Shown here: positions 48,986 through 57,302 of the stretch, in pieces
Numbering within the stretch: the stretch's first letter is position 1
How the letters are laid out: each line of letters starts with the position of its first letter
Source: an uncultured bacterium
GTDB taxonomy: Bacteria > Patescibacteriota > Minisyncoccia > UBA6257 > GWB1-50-10
Direction of reading: 5' to 3'
Assembly (NCBI GenBank): GCA_963722655.1
Contig: CAVRNT010000002.1
Coordinates: 7,461-71,460 of the forward strand
Length of the DNA stretch: 64,000 bases
Notes under the pieces: model-generated
Told to the model about the DNA's origin: nothing
Databases searched by the model: none
The model's input: only the letters and a program-made list of their open reading frames with translations
Made by a program: the position numbers and the translations under genes

Positions 48986-50926
48986 ATGCCCAAGGAGAAA
49001 AAAGAAGAAGAAAACAACATTACGAACGGCAGCGCCTCATACAGCGCGAAGGACATCTACGTCTTGGAGGGCTTGGAGCCGGTCCGCCGGCGCCCGGGAA
49101 TGTACATCGGCTCGACGGGCGTCGACGGCCTGCATCACCTGGTCTGGGAGATCGTGGACAACTCCATCGACGAGGCGATGGCCGGCTTCGCCAAGAACAT
49201 CAAGGTGGAACTCCTCAAGGACAACAAGGTGGCCGTCACGGACGACGGCCGCGGCATTCCGGTGGACATCCATCCCCAAACCAAGAAATCGGCCCTCGAG
49301 ACCGCGCTCTGCACGCTCCACGCGGGCGGCAAGTTCGGCGGCGAATCCTACAAGGTCTCGGGTGGCTTGCACGGCGTGGGCGTCTCCGTTGTGAACGCAC
49401 TCTCGGTCTGGATGAAAGCGGAGGTCAACAAGGATGGCGGGCTTTACGTCCAGGAGTACAAGCGCGGCAAACCGCAGTACAACGTCAAAAAGATCGCCAA
49501 GTCCGATACGACGGGTACGAAGATAATTTTCCAGCCCGACCCGGAGATATTCCAGACGATAGAGTTCGACCGCAAGAAGATCTTGGACCATCTGCGCCAG
49601 CAGGCCTATCTCACAAAGGGCATCCGGATAGAAGTTCTGGACGAGCGCGAGGAGAGACCGTTTTATTACGGCTTTTACTTCGACGGCGGTTTGAGCTCGT
49701 TTATCCATTATCTTTTGGACGACGAGCCGGTCCTTTTGGACGAGAACTTCTACGTCCACAAGGCCTCCGAAGGGATCGACGTCGAAGCGGTCTTCACCTA
49801 CGTGGACGACCAGGAAGCGAAGGAACTGTCCTTCGCGAACAACATTTATACCCCCGACGGCGGCATGCATTTGACCGGCCTCCGAGCCGCCCTCACGCGC
49901 ACCTTGAACGACTACGCCCGGAGCGAAGGATATTTGAAGGAGAGCGATGAGAACCTCACCGGCGACGACATCCGCGAGGGGATCGTGGCCATCGTCTCGG
50001 TGAAGATCCGCGAGCCCCAGTTCGAAGGCCAGACCAAGGCCCGTCTGGGGAATCCCGAGGCGCGCCCGGCCGTCGAGACGGTCGTCGCCGACGCCCTCAA
50101 GGAATTTTTGGAAAAGCACGGTAGTGAGGGCCGGAAGATGATCGAGAAGAACCTCTTGGCCGCGAAGGCCAGGAAGGCCGCGAAGGCGGCGAAAGACACC
50201 GTCCTCAGAAAAGGCGCCTTGGAAGGGCTCACGCTTCCGGGGAAGCTCGCCGACTGCTCATCACGCAAGGCCGAGGAATCGGAGCTCTACATCGTCGAGG
50301 GCGACAGCGCCGGCGGTTCCGCCAAGCAGGGCCGCGACCGCCGCTTCCAGGCCATTTTGCCCCTCCGCGGCAAGATAATGAACGTGGAGAAGTCCCGCAT
50401 CGACAAGATGCTCCTCAACAAGGAGATCCGCGCCTTGGTCGTCGCCTTGGGCACGGCCATTTCCGAGAACTTCGACATCACGAAGCTTCGCTACCACAAG
50501 ATCGTCATTATGACCGATGCCGACGTGGACGGCGCCCACATCCGGACCTTACTCCTCACGCTCTTTTACCGCTACTTCCCGAAGATCGTTGAGGACGGCT
50601 ATCTCTACATCGCCCAGCCGCCGCTCTTCCAGCTCCGCAAAGGCAAAGAGATGAGCTACGCCTACACCGATGCCGAGCGCGACAGGATCTTGAAGAAAAT
50701 GGGGGACGGCGTCACGATCCAGCGTTACAAGGGTTTAGGCGAGATGAACCCCTCTCAGCTTTGGGAAACGACGATGGATCCCGCAAAGCGCCTCTTCCTC
50801 AAGGTCACGGTGGACGACGCTCTGGAGGCCGACAAGCTCTTTGACGTATTGATGGGGGAGCTCGTGGAGCCACGCAAGAACTTCATCCAGGCCAACGCCG
50901 TTTACGCCAAGAACATAGATATATAA
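48986..50926 (+). CDS. gyrB: DNA gyrase subunit B
   Basis: VRRRPGMYIG, EIVDNSIDE, VEGDSAGGSAKQGR, PLRGK, MTDADVDG. Confidence 0.98.
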   Translation: MPKEKKEEENNITNGSASYSAKDIYVLEGLEPVRRRPGMYIGSTGVDGLHHLVWEIVDNSIDEAMAGFAKNIKVELLKDNKVAVTDDGRGIPVDIHPQTKKSALETALCTLHAGGKFGGESYKVSGGLHGVGVSVVNALSVWMKAEVNKDGGLYVQEYKRGKPQYNVKKIAKSDTTGTKIIFQPDPEIFQTIEFDRKKILDHLRQQAYLTKGIRIEVLDEREERPFYYGFYFDGGLSSFIHYLLDDEPVLLDENFYVHKASEGIDVEAVFTYVDDQEAKELSFANNIYTPDGGMHLTGLRAALTRTLNDYARSEGYLKESDENLTGDDIREGIVAIVSVKIREPQFEGQTKARLGNPEARPAVETVVADALKEFLEKHGSEGRKMIEKNLLAAKARKAAKAAKDTVLRKGALEGLTLPGKLADCSSRKAEESELYIVEGDSAGGSAKQGRDRRFQAILPLRGKIMNVEKSRIDKMLLNKEIRALVVALGTAISENFDITKLRYHKIVIMTDADVDGAHIRTLLLTLFYRYFPKIVEDGYLYIAQPPLFQLRKGKEMSYAYTDAERDRILKKMGDGVTIQRYKGLGEMNPSQLWETTMDPAKRLFLKVTVDDALEADKLFDVLMGELVEPRKNFIQANAVYAKNIDI

Positions 50927-50969
50927 GGTCTTGCATTCTTTTTGGCAGTGTGGTAAGTTAGTATTAATT

Positions 50970-51051
50970 CCACAGACAGCGGGCGAACAATAAGACCCGC
51001 CGAGGAAAAGCCCTCAAGGCCTCTTTGTCTGCGGAAAACCGCGGATTTTTT
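50970..51051 (+). promoter_or_regulatory. L10 leader (rplJ autoregulatory RNA)
   Basis: AGACAGCGGG...TAAGACCCGCCGAGG core closed by CCACAGAC/GTCTGCGG, directly upstream of rplJ. Confidence 0.75.
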
Positions 51052-51058
51052 CGTAAAT

Positions 51059-51559
51059 ATGAAGACTAAAGCCCAAAAAAAGGAACAAATAGACCTCGGT
51101 AAGAAAGCACTCGAAAAGAGCGAGACGATCGTCATCACCGATTTCACCGGCCTTTCGGCCAACGAACTAAACGCCTTCCGGCGGGCGGTGCGCGATATCG
51201 GCGGTGCAATGGTCGTTCTCAAAAAGCGCCTTTTGAAGCTGGTCTTAAAGGACAAGGGGCTGGACTTCGAACCTAAGAGCTTCACCGGCCAGACCGGCGT
51301 GGTCTTTTCGCCTAAGGATATGGTGGAAACGGCCGGCGCGGTCCACAAGTTTGGCAAACCCTTCGCCGCGAAGAACCTTTTCAAGATCTCCGGCGGCTTC
51401 GAGGTTAAGGAGAAGAAGTTCGTGGACGCCGAGATCGTCAAGCGGTACGGGGAGTTGCCGTCCCGCGAAGCGCTCCTCGGCCAGCTCGCCTTCATGCTCA
51501 CCGTCCCCATCAAGAAATTATTGTTTGTAATGAACGAGAAAACGAAAAAGGTCGTTTAG
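51059..51559 (+). CDS. rplJ: 50S ribosomal protein uL10
   Basis: DFTGL, V.KK.L.K, LPSRE.LL.QL. Confidence 0.95.
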   Translation: MKTKAQKKEQIDLGKKALEKSETIVITDFTGLSANELNAFRRAVRDIGGAMVVLKKRLLKLVLKDKGLDFEPKSFTGQTGVVFSPKDMVETAGAVHKFGKPFAAKNLFKISGGFEVKEKKFVDAEIVKRYGELPSREALLGQLAFMLTVPIKKLLFVMNEKTKKVV

Positions 51560-51572
51560 AATAAATAAAATC

Positions 51573-51944
51573 ATGTCTGAAAAATTCGATAAAATCATCT
51601 CCGAGGTCGAGAAGCTCTCCGTTTTGGAGCTCTCCGAGCTCGTGAAGGCCCTCGAAGAGAGGTTCGGCGTTTCCGCCGCGGCCATGGCTGTCGCTGGTCC
51701 GACTGCCAGTAACGGTGGCGCGGCCGAAGAGAAGACCGCCTGGAACGTGCTTCTCAAGGTCTCGGGCGACCAGAAGATCAATGTCATCAAGGCCATCCGC
51801 GAAGCGACCGGTCTCGGTCTCAAAGAGGCCAAAGACATCGCCGACGGCGCGCCGAAGGTAGTGAAGGAGGGCCTCAAAAAGGAAGACGCCGAGGAGCTTA
51901 AGAAAAAGCTCGAAGCGGTCGGCGCCACGGTCGAGCTTCAATAA
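51573..51944 (+). CDS. rplL: 50S ribosomal protein bL12
   Basis: [34 protein letters not shown]. Confidence 0.99.
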   Translation: MSEKFDKIISEVEKLSVLELSELVKALEERFGVSAAAMAVAGPTASNGGAAEEKTAWNVLLKVSGDQKINVIKAIREATGLGLKEAKDIADGAPKVVKEGLKKEDAEELKKKLEAVGATVELQ

Positions 51945-52093
51945 CCACGGTCAGTTTGCTATACTTAAACAGTCAGATGTTAACCAACCAGTCCATCATC
52001 GTCGTCGGTTTGTCTCTTATCCTCCTTACGGACGGGCGGGTGGTTGGTTTTCTCAAATAATGGACACAGACACCGATTAGAATAAAAAAGAAA

Positions 52094-52129
52094 ACAAGCC
52101 CTCCGCCCCAAGCGGAGGGCTTGTCGTTT
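52094..52129 (+). terminator. Intrinsic terminator
   Basis: ACAAGCCCTCCGC-CCCAA-GCGGAGGGCTTGT. Confidence 0.7.
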
Positions 52130-52217
52130 CGTCTCCAAACGCAAGGGAAATCTGGCCTTTGGGTGTGGGGATAAGACGAACGTCACCCACAAGCCCTTTA
52201 ACAAAAAGGAGGGAAAT

Positions 52218-52409
52218 ATGGACCAGCGAGTCCAAGACAAAGAGAAACCGGTCGAGCAGGTGCTCCGCGTTTTCCATCAAACCAAGAAAAAGGCGGAAGT
52301 GCTCGTATCCGGCACAGGGAAACCGAAGAGGCTGTATGTCGAAAAACAAGGAGACAAATGGCAAGACCAATTCGGCAAACAACACAAACTGTTTTTCCCG
52401 GAGGCCTGA
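52218..52409 (+). CDS. Small hypothetical protein
   Basis: Strong AGGAGGG SD; GC hairpin plus T-tract at ~52460-52490. Confidence 0.6.
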   Translation: MDQRVQDKEKPVEQVLRVFHQTKKKAEVLVSGTGKPKRLYVEKQGDKWQDQFGKQHKLFFPEA

Positions 52410-52525
52410 AATGAATGAGTTTTAGGAGTGAAAACACCGCTCCGAGACAGCAACACCGTGGGGTGGCGCGACATGCCGCCCCTTTTTCTTGCCTCCTTAT
52501 GGATTTTTACGTATCCTAATGGCGA

Positions 52526-52597
52526 GGGCGTTTAGTTCAGTGGTAGAACGTTGCATTCACATTGCAAAGATCGCTGGTTCGATCCCAGCAACGCCCA
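52526..52597 (+). tRNA. tRNA-Val(CAC), no encoded CCA
   Basis: GGGCGTT/AACGCCC, TTGCA-TTCACAT-TGCAA. Confidence 0.96.
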
Positions 52598-52661
52598 CTA
52601 AAGTTGCCGAAAGCGACATATTTACCCCACTTAACGGTGGGGTTCCTGCTATACTTATCTC

Positions 52662-53399
52662 ATGAAACACAAAGAGGGGTTTTCGCAGATAGCGGTCATA
52701 TTGATCGCGATTGGGATAGTCGTAATCGGGGGAGCGATATGGTATTTTTCTTCGCGGGGACCTGCGGTTATACCTACTCCAATTTCTCAAAATGAAACCG
52801 AGGGTTGGCAGACATACACTACTAGCAGTTACGGCGGATTTTCATTTAAGTACCCGGCGAATCTCACGATTGCTTATAATGGATCAAATGATACATACAG
52901 CCCAATCGTATGGACGGTGGCATTCAGCGATGGAACGGACATAGAGTTAATAACGAAAGATGCGTGGCAGCAATTGGCTAGCTACGAAAAGAATACTATT
53001 TTAGTCTCACCGTCAAGCACATACCAGTTTAATTATCAGCAATTTGAAAGCCCAGATGGTTCAATGAGAGGCGCTTCATGTTTCGAGACGTCGGATGAGT
53101 CGGTTGGGCTACTAGATGCAAATTTTATTGTTGAGGCAATGGATATGAATGGGAATTACATCTTCGTCTCAAGTGTCGATTTGATAAGTGATCCAATGAC
53201 CGATCCGGCATTCAGTGCACTTGATAAACAATACTCGGAGTTATTCATGAGCACGTCAACGGATGCTAATATGAGAGCAGAGCAATTTAAGAATAACGAT
53301 ATCGTGAATTACTTCAACAGCCCTCAGGCACGCCAAGACGCATCGAGCACCGTAAAAGAAGTGGAGCAGATAGCATCCTCTGTGCATTTCAACCAGTAG
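52662..53399 (+). CDS. Membrane-anchored protein with pilin-like N-terminus and PsbP-like domain start
   Basis: KEGFS + hydrophobic helix; GWQTYT...GFSFKYP. Confidence 0.75.
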   Translation: MKHKEGFSQIAVILIAIGIVVIGGAIWYFSSRGPAVIPTPISQNETEGWQTYTTSSYGGFSFKYPANLTIAYNGSNDTYSPIVWTVAFSDGTDIELITKDAWQQLASYEKNTILVSPSSTYQFNYQQFESPDGSMRGASCFETSDESVGLLDANFIVEAMDMNGNYIFVSSVDLISDPMTDPAFSALDKQYSELFMSTSTDANMRAEQFKNNDIVNYFNSPQARQDASSTVKEVEQIASSVHFNQ

Positions 53400-53433
53400 G
53401 GATCGAATGCATCAAGAGCCGTTCCATAATTAT

Positions 53434-53567
53434 CCCTTCCGTCATTTTCTCTCACCTTTCCCTGTGGATTTCTTTCTCGTACAATGACCATATGGCAGGG
53501 GAAGATGTAGGTCTTCGAAGATCTTCTCAAAGAAGAAAGTTCTAACATCCTCCACTAACCTCCACAA
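53434..53567. repeat. 134-bp direct repeat, copy 1
   Basis: Ungapped match to 54546..54679; 19 mismatches by hand count. Confidence 0.95.
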
Positions 53568-53706
53568 AAGTTGCCGCTTTAGTCATAAAAACCCATCTTC
53601 TCGGATGGGCTTTTTTGTGGGATAGTATAGGAATGAATCCCAGTAAAAAAATAAAAGTGCCGATCCTTATTAAGGACTATGTCTCTAATGCGGAAGCTGC
53701 GGTAAG

Positions 53707-54102
53707 GTGAAACCATTTTTAGCTGGTTCTGATCAACTGGAATACACCGAGGGCGACCTGCTTTACCGAGACGTCTACTACACCGGCAACGGCCTCTTCA
53801 TGGGCTTGGAGGTCGTACATCTCAAAGGGAAGCCGGTGCTTTCGATGTCTTACTACGGCAACTTCAAGAAGATGACCGAGGAAGAGGTTGACGGCGTTTT
53901 AAAACAAGCCCTACTTGCTACCGCTAACACTACCCGAATCTGGAAGCACGCGGAATGGGAGAAAGGGGAATACAAATACGTCTGCGAACCGGACTTTGAT
54001 GGTTCACTCGACGAGTTCGCTGGCCTGGAACAGATATCCAAGTCAAGTGAGAGTGTTTACCGCTTTTTCTATGCCGGCGGCTTATTAAACGAACTAGCGT
54101 GA
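53707..54102 (+). CDS. DUF5680-like protein, probably with a frameshifted N-terminus (ATG 53633 is in another frame)
   Basis: GS..LEY.EGD..YRD.Y....F.G.EVV...P..SM.YYG; G.E.I; Y.GG. Confidence 0.65.
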   Translation: MKPFLAGSDQLEYTEGDLLYRDVYYTGNGLFMGLEVVHLKGKPVLSMSYYGNFKKMTEEEVDGVLKQALLATANTTRIWKHAEWEKGEYKYVCEPDFDGSLDEFAGLEQISKSSESVYRFFYAGGLLNELA

Positions 54103-54533
54103 AGATACTGTTCGTCTGCAAGGGCAATGTTGGTAGGAGCCAGATGGCTGAGGCGATTTTTAATAATCTCGCCAAGGGAAATCATCATGCCTATTCCGCA
54201 GGGACATGGGTCTATGATAAGGAAGGTAAGAGTCTAGAAGGGCAAAAGATAGAAGAGGTAGATGAGGCATTGGTTGTCATCAACTCCCTGAAAGAGCTGG
54301 GCATCGATGTTTCCAAGAAACAACGAAATCAGGTTACACCAGAAATGATCAGGGAAGCAGATAAAATTGTTGTTATGGCGGAAGAACACACTATTCCCGA
54401 CTTCCTAAGAATCAGCGATAAGGTCATCTACTGGGAAATTGAGAACCCTAAAGGTATGGACCAATTAGATACAAACAAGATACGTGATCAGATAGCTGAT
54501 CGTGTTAGAAAATTAGTGTCCGAGTTAGATTAG
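54099..54533 (+). CDS. LMW-PTP / ArsC-family protein
   Basis: ILFVCKGNVGRSQMAE (CX5R), SAG, WEIE.P. Confidence 0.9.
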   Translation: MKILFVCKGNVGRSQMAEAIFNNLAKGNHHAYSAGTWVYDKEGKSLEGQKIEEVDEALVVINSLKELGIDVSKKQRNQVTPEMIREADKIVVMAEEHTIPDFLRISDKVIYWEIENPKGMDQLDTNKIRDQIADRVRKLVSELD

Positions 54534-54545
54534 GTTATGAATTGC

Positions 54546-54679
54546 CCCTTCCGTCATTTTCTCCTACCTTTTCCTGTTAATTTCTTTCTCCTATGATTAC
54601 TCCATGGTAGGGGAAGATGTAGATCTTCGAAGGTCTTGTCAAAGAAGAAAGTTCTAACATCCTTCACTAGCCTTCACAA
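54546..54679. repeat. 134-bp direct repeat, copy 2, abutting the truB start codon
   Basis: Match to 53434..53567. Confidence 0.95.
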
Positions 54680-55329
54680 TGGACAGGATATTCGCCGTTT
54701 GGAAGCCTAAGGGGCCGACGTCGCACGACATCGTGGACCAAATCCGGCGTGCGATGGGGGAATATCGGGTCGGCCATGCCGGCACGCTTGACCCGCTCGC
54801 GTCCGGCATCTTGGTTATCGCGACGGGTAAGAGTACCAAACTCCTAGGGCGACTCGTAGACAAGGACAAGGAGTACATTGCGAAAGTGAAGCTCGGCGAA
54901 TACAGCTCGACCGATGATACGGAAGGCGAGAAGACGCGAGTTAAAAACGCACCGAGACCAAAGAGATCGGGGGTCCTGAACGCCTTATCCAAATTCGTCG
55001 GTGAGATAGACCAAATACCTCCCACCTATAGTGCCGTGAAGATTGCTGGCCAAAGGGCCTACCAGCTCGCACGGGAGGGGAAGGCGCCAAATTTGAAACC
55101 CCGGCGCGTCTTAGTTAAGGAGATTAGACTCATCTCCTATAAATGGCCTTATCTTAAGTTTAGAGCGATGACCGGCCCAGGCGTTTACATCCGGGCTTTG
55201 GCCCGAGACATCGGCCAAATGCTTGGCAGCGGCGGATACCTGACGGAACTGAAGCGGGTTAGGGTTGGCGATTTTCGGAAAGGCGATTGTATATCCATAC
55301 AAGATTTGGTAAAATTAAAAGGTAAATAA
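54679..55329 (+). CDS. truB: tRNA pseudouridine(55) synthase, short form without PUA domain
   Basis: KP.G.TSHD.V, GHAGTLDPLASG, Q.PP.YSAVK, G.YIRALARDIG. Confidence 0.95.
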   Translation: MDRIFAVWKPKGPTSHDIVDQIRRAMGEYRVGHAGTLDPLASGILVIATGKSTKLLGRLVDKDKEYIAKVKLGEYSSTDDTEGEKTRVKNAPRPKRSGVLNALSKFVGEIDQIPPTYSAVKIAGQRAYQLAREGKAPNLKPRRVLVKEIRLISYKWPYLKFRAMTGPGVYIRALARDIGQMLGSGGYLTELKRVRVGDFRKGDCISIQDLVKLKGK

Positions 55330-55338
55330 AGATCGGCA

Positions 55339-55432
55339 TCCCTTAGGAGATCCTGTGGCCGGCCTAAGGGAGTTGAACATATGGCCACAACCTCCCTCTT
55401 TTCTCCTGCCCCGGGCCTCTGTGCCCGGGGCA
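55339..55432. ncRNA. Candidate structured RNA with interlocked stems
   Basis: Four perfect 7-10 bp stems within 94 nt; family and strand unknown. Confidence 0.35.
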
Positions 55433-55576
55433 CCCATTTTCGGAATGTTTTGAGAAAACGAAAATGAGTCGGTGGGGAAATGCAAGCTGTTGATAACCTC
55501 GGTCTAAAATCCAAGTAAATGAAAGGTTATTAAATGATGCTACTTTAAAAGGCGGCATTTTTAGCGTAACTAGAAG

Positions 55577-55645
55577 TGCTATAATTGTGTATGTAAGTGG
55601 GGAACAGTGGATAACTTTGGGGATAAGTCCCCAATCTGGGGATAA
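55577..55645 (+). promoter_or_regulatory. dcw promoter with MraZ-box-like repeats
   Basis: TGCTATAAT then GTGGGG, GTGGAT, TTGGGG at 10-nt period. Confidence 0.7.
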
Positions 55646-55657
55646 CCCAGAAAAACC

Positions 55658-56089
55658 ATGATATTAGGCGAGTTCAAACATAGCGTAGATCCTAAAGGCC
55701 GGTTGGCCCTGCCGGCCAAATTCCGCGAAAAGTTCCAGGCCGGCGCCATCATCACCCGTGGCTTGGACAAGTGCTTGTTCGTCTTCGGCTTGAACGAATG
55801 GGAGGCTCTGGTCCAGAAGCTCACGAATTTGCCCCTGGCCCAAGCGAACTCCCGCGCCTTCGTGCGCCTGATGCTTGCCGGGGCGAGCGACGTGAAGCTC
55901 GACGGGCAAGGGCGGATCCTCGTGCCGGACTATCTCCGCCATTACGCCGGCCTCTTGAAACAAGCGGTCATCACCGGATTATACAATCGGATGGAGATCT
56001 GGGACGAGGCGGAGTGGGAGACATACAAGCAGAGGACCGAATCCGCATCGGACGAGATCGCGGAAAAATTGGGGGAACTGGGGATCTGA
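55658..56089 (+). CDS. mraZ: Transcriptional regulator MraZ
   Basis: D.KGRL.LP.KFR, D.QGRI.VP..LR, EIWD. Confidence 0.98.
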   Translation: MILGEFKHSVDPKGRLALPAKFREKFQAGAIITRGLDKCLFVFGLNEWEALVQKLTNLPLAQANSRAFVRLMLAGASDVKLDGQGRILVPDYLRHYAGLLKQAVITGLYNRMEIWDEAEWETYKQRTESASDEIAEKLGELGI

Positions 56090-56093
56090 TCCG

Positions 56094-56978
56094 ATGCCCC
56101 ACGTTCCCGTTCTTTTAAAGGAGGTTATTAAGGTGCTGGAGCCGAAACCGGGTGAGTTCTTCGTGGACGGCACCCTCGGGGCCGGCGGCCACGCCCGGGC
56201 GATCATCGAGAGGACCAAGGGTCGGGGGCTTTTCCTCGGCCTCGACTGGGACGAAAAGGCGCTCGAGGCTTTCCGCCCTGAAGTGGCGAGCCGCGGCAAT
56301 GTCATTCTGGCCCACGAGAACTACGCCCACATCCCGGAACTTTTGAAAAAACTGCAAACGCCGAAGATCGACGGCTTGGTCCTCGACCTCGGACTTTCTT
56401 CGGACCAGCTCGAGAGCTCCGGCCGAGGCTTCAGCTTCCTGCGGAGCGAGCCCTTGGACATGCGTTACGACCGGAGTGACGAGGAACGACCGACAGCGGC
56501 CCAGGTAGTGAACAGCTTCAGCGAGGATGCCCTCACGGACATTATCTTCAAGTACGGCGAGGAGCGCTTCGCCCGTCGCATCGCGAAGCGGATCGTGGAA
56601 CGAAGGCGCACGGCCAGAATAATGACGACCGAGGAACTGGTCCGGGCAATCGAAAGCGCCGTGCCGGTGAGCAGCCGAGGTCATTTACATCCTGCGACCA
56701 AGGCCTTCCAGGCCCTGCGGATCTATGTGAACAACGAACTCAAGAACCTCGAGACCATCCTCGCCGCCTTACCGGAGATAATGGCGGACGGCGGTCGGGT
56801 GGCCGTCATCTCCTTCCATTCGCTCGAGGACCGGCTCGTGAAGAACGCTTTCCGAGAACTGGCCGTCGCGAAAAAGGCCGACCTCGTGAACAAGAAGCCG
56901 ATCGCGCCCGGTCCGCCCGAGATCAAGGCGAATCCGCGGAGCCGTTCGGCGAAACTAAGGGCAATAAGATTCAAATAA
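56094..56978 (+). CDS. rsmH: 16S rRNA m4C1402 methyltransferase
   Basis: H.PVLL.EV, DGTLGAGGH, PLDMR, ISFHSLEDR, NPRSRSAKLR. Confidence 0.98.
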   Translation: MPHVPVLLKEVIKVLEPKPGEFFVDGTLGAGGHARAIIERTKGRGLFLGLDWDEKALEAFRPEVASRGNVILAHENYAHIPELLKKLQTPKIDGLVLDLGLSSDQLESSGRGFSFLRSEPLDMRYDRSDEERPTAAQVVNSFSEDALTDIIFKYGEERFARRIAKRIVERRRTARIMTTEELVRAIESAVPVSSRGHLHPATKAFQALRIYVNNELKNLETILAALPEIMADGGRVAVISFHSLEDRLVKNAFRELAVAKKADLVNKKPIAPGPPEIKANPRSRSAKLRAIRFK

Positions 56979-56990
56979 CGATAAATAAAA

Positions 56991-57302
56991 ATGACCATCT
57001 TCAAACCAAATTTTCATAAAGGCTCGGTGAAATTCATCGTGCTGCTCTTCCTCACGCTGCTCGTCGGTGGCGTTTTCTACGTCATCGAGTATAATTCTTT
57101 GGTAAACGCCCGTTATCAAGTGAACTCATTGAAGGGACAGATTGCGTCCGCCCAAAGCTTGGGGACCCAGCTCCAGAACGGCCTTTACCAGGTGACGGAC
57201 CCGGTGAAGCTCGAAACGCTGGCCGCGAAATACTCATTGACGCTCGATAACCGGCCGCAATACTTGCTCGCCGCACAATGGGTTTCAGATTCATCTTTTT
57301 AA
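56991..57302 (+). CDS. FtsL-like cell division protein
   Basis: TM + coiled coil between rsmH and the PBP gene. Confidence 0.7.
   Translation: MTIFKPNFHKGSVKFIVLLFLTLLVGGVFYVIEYNSLVNARYQVNSLKGQIASAQSLGTQLQNGLYQVTDPVKLETLAAKYSLTLDNRPQYLLAAQWVSDSSF

Larger units (their letters stand above)
52598..54677. mobile_element. Two tandem integrase-less cassettes at the 3' end of tRNA-Val
   Basis: Homologous left ends, 134-bp right-end repeats, AT-richer cargo. Confidence 0.6.

Noticed and set aside
53434-54679. Repeats as a CRISPR array, DGR template/variable pair, or integron attC sites
   Set aside because: Only two 134-bp copies 1.1 kb apart; no cas, reverse transcriptase or intI in the window; mismatches are not confined to adenines; no end-to-end attC palindrome
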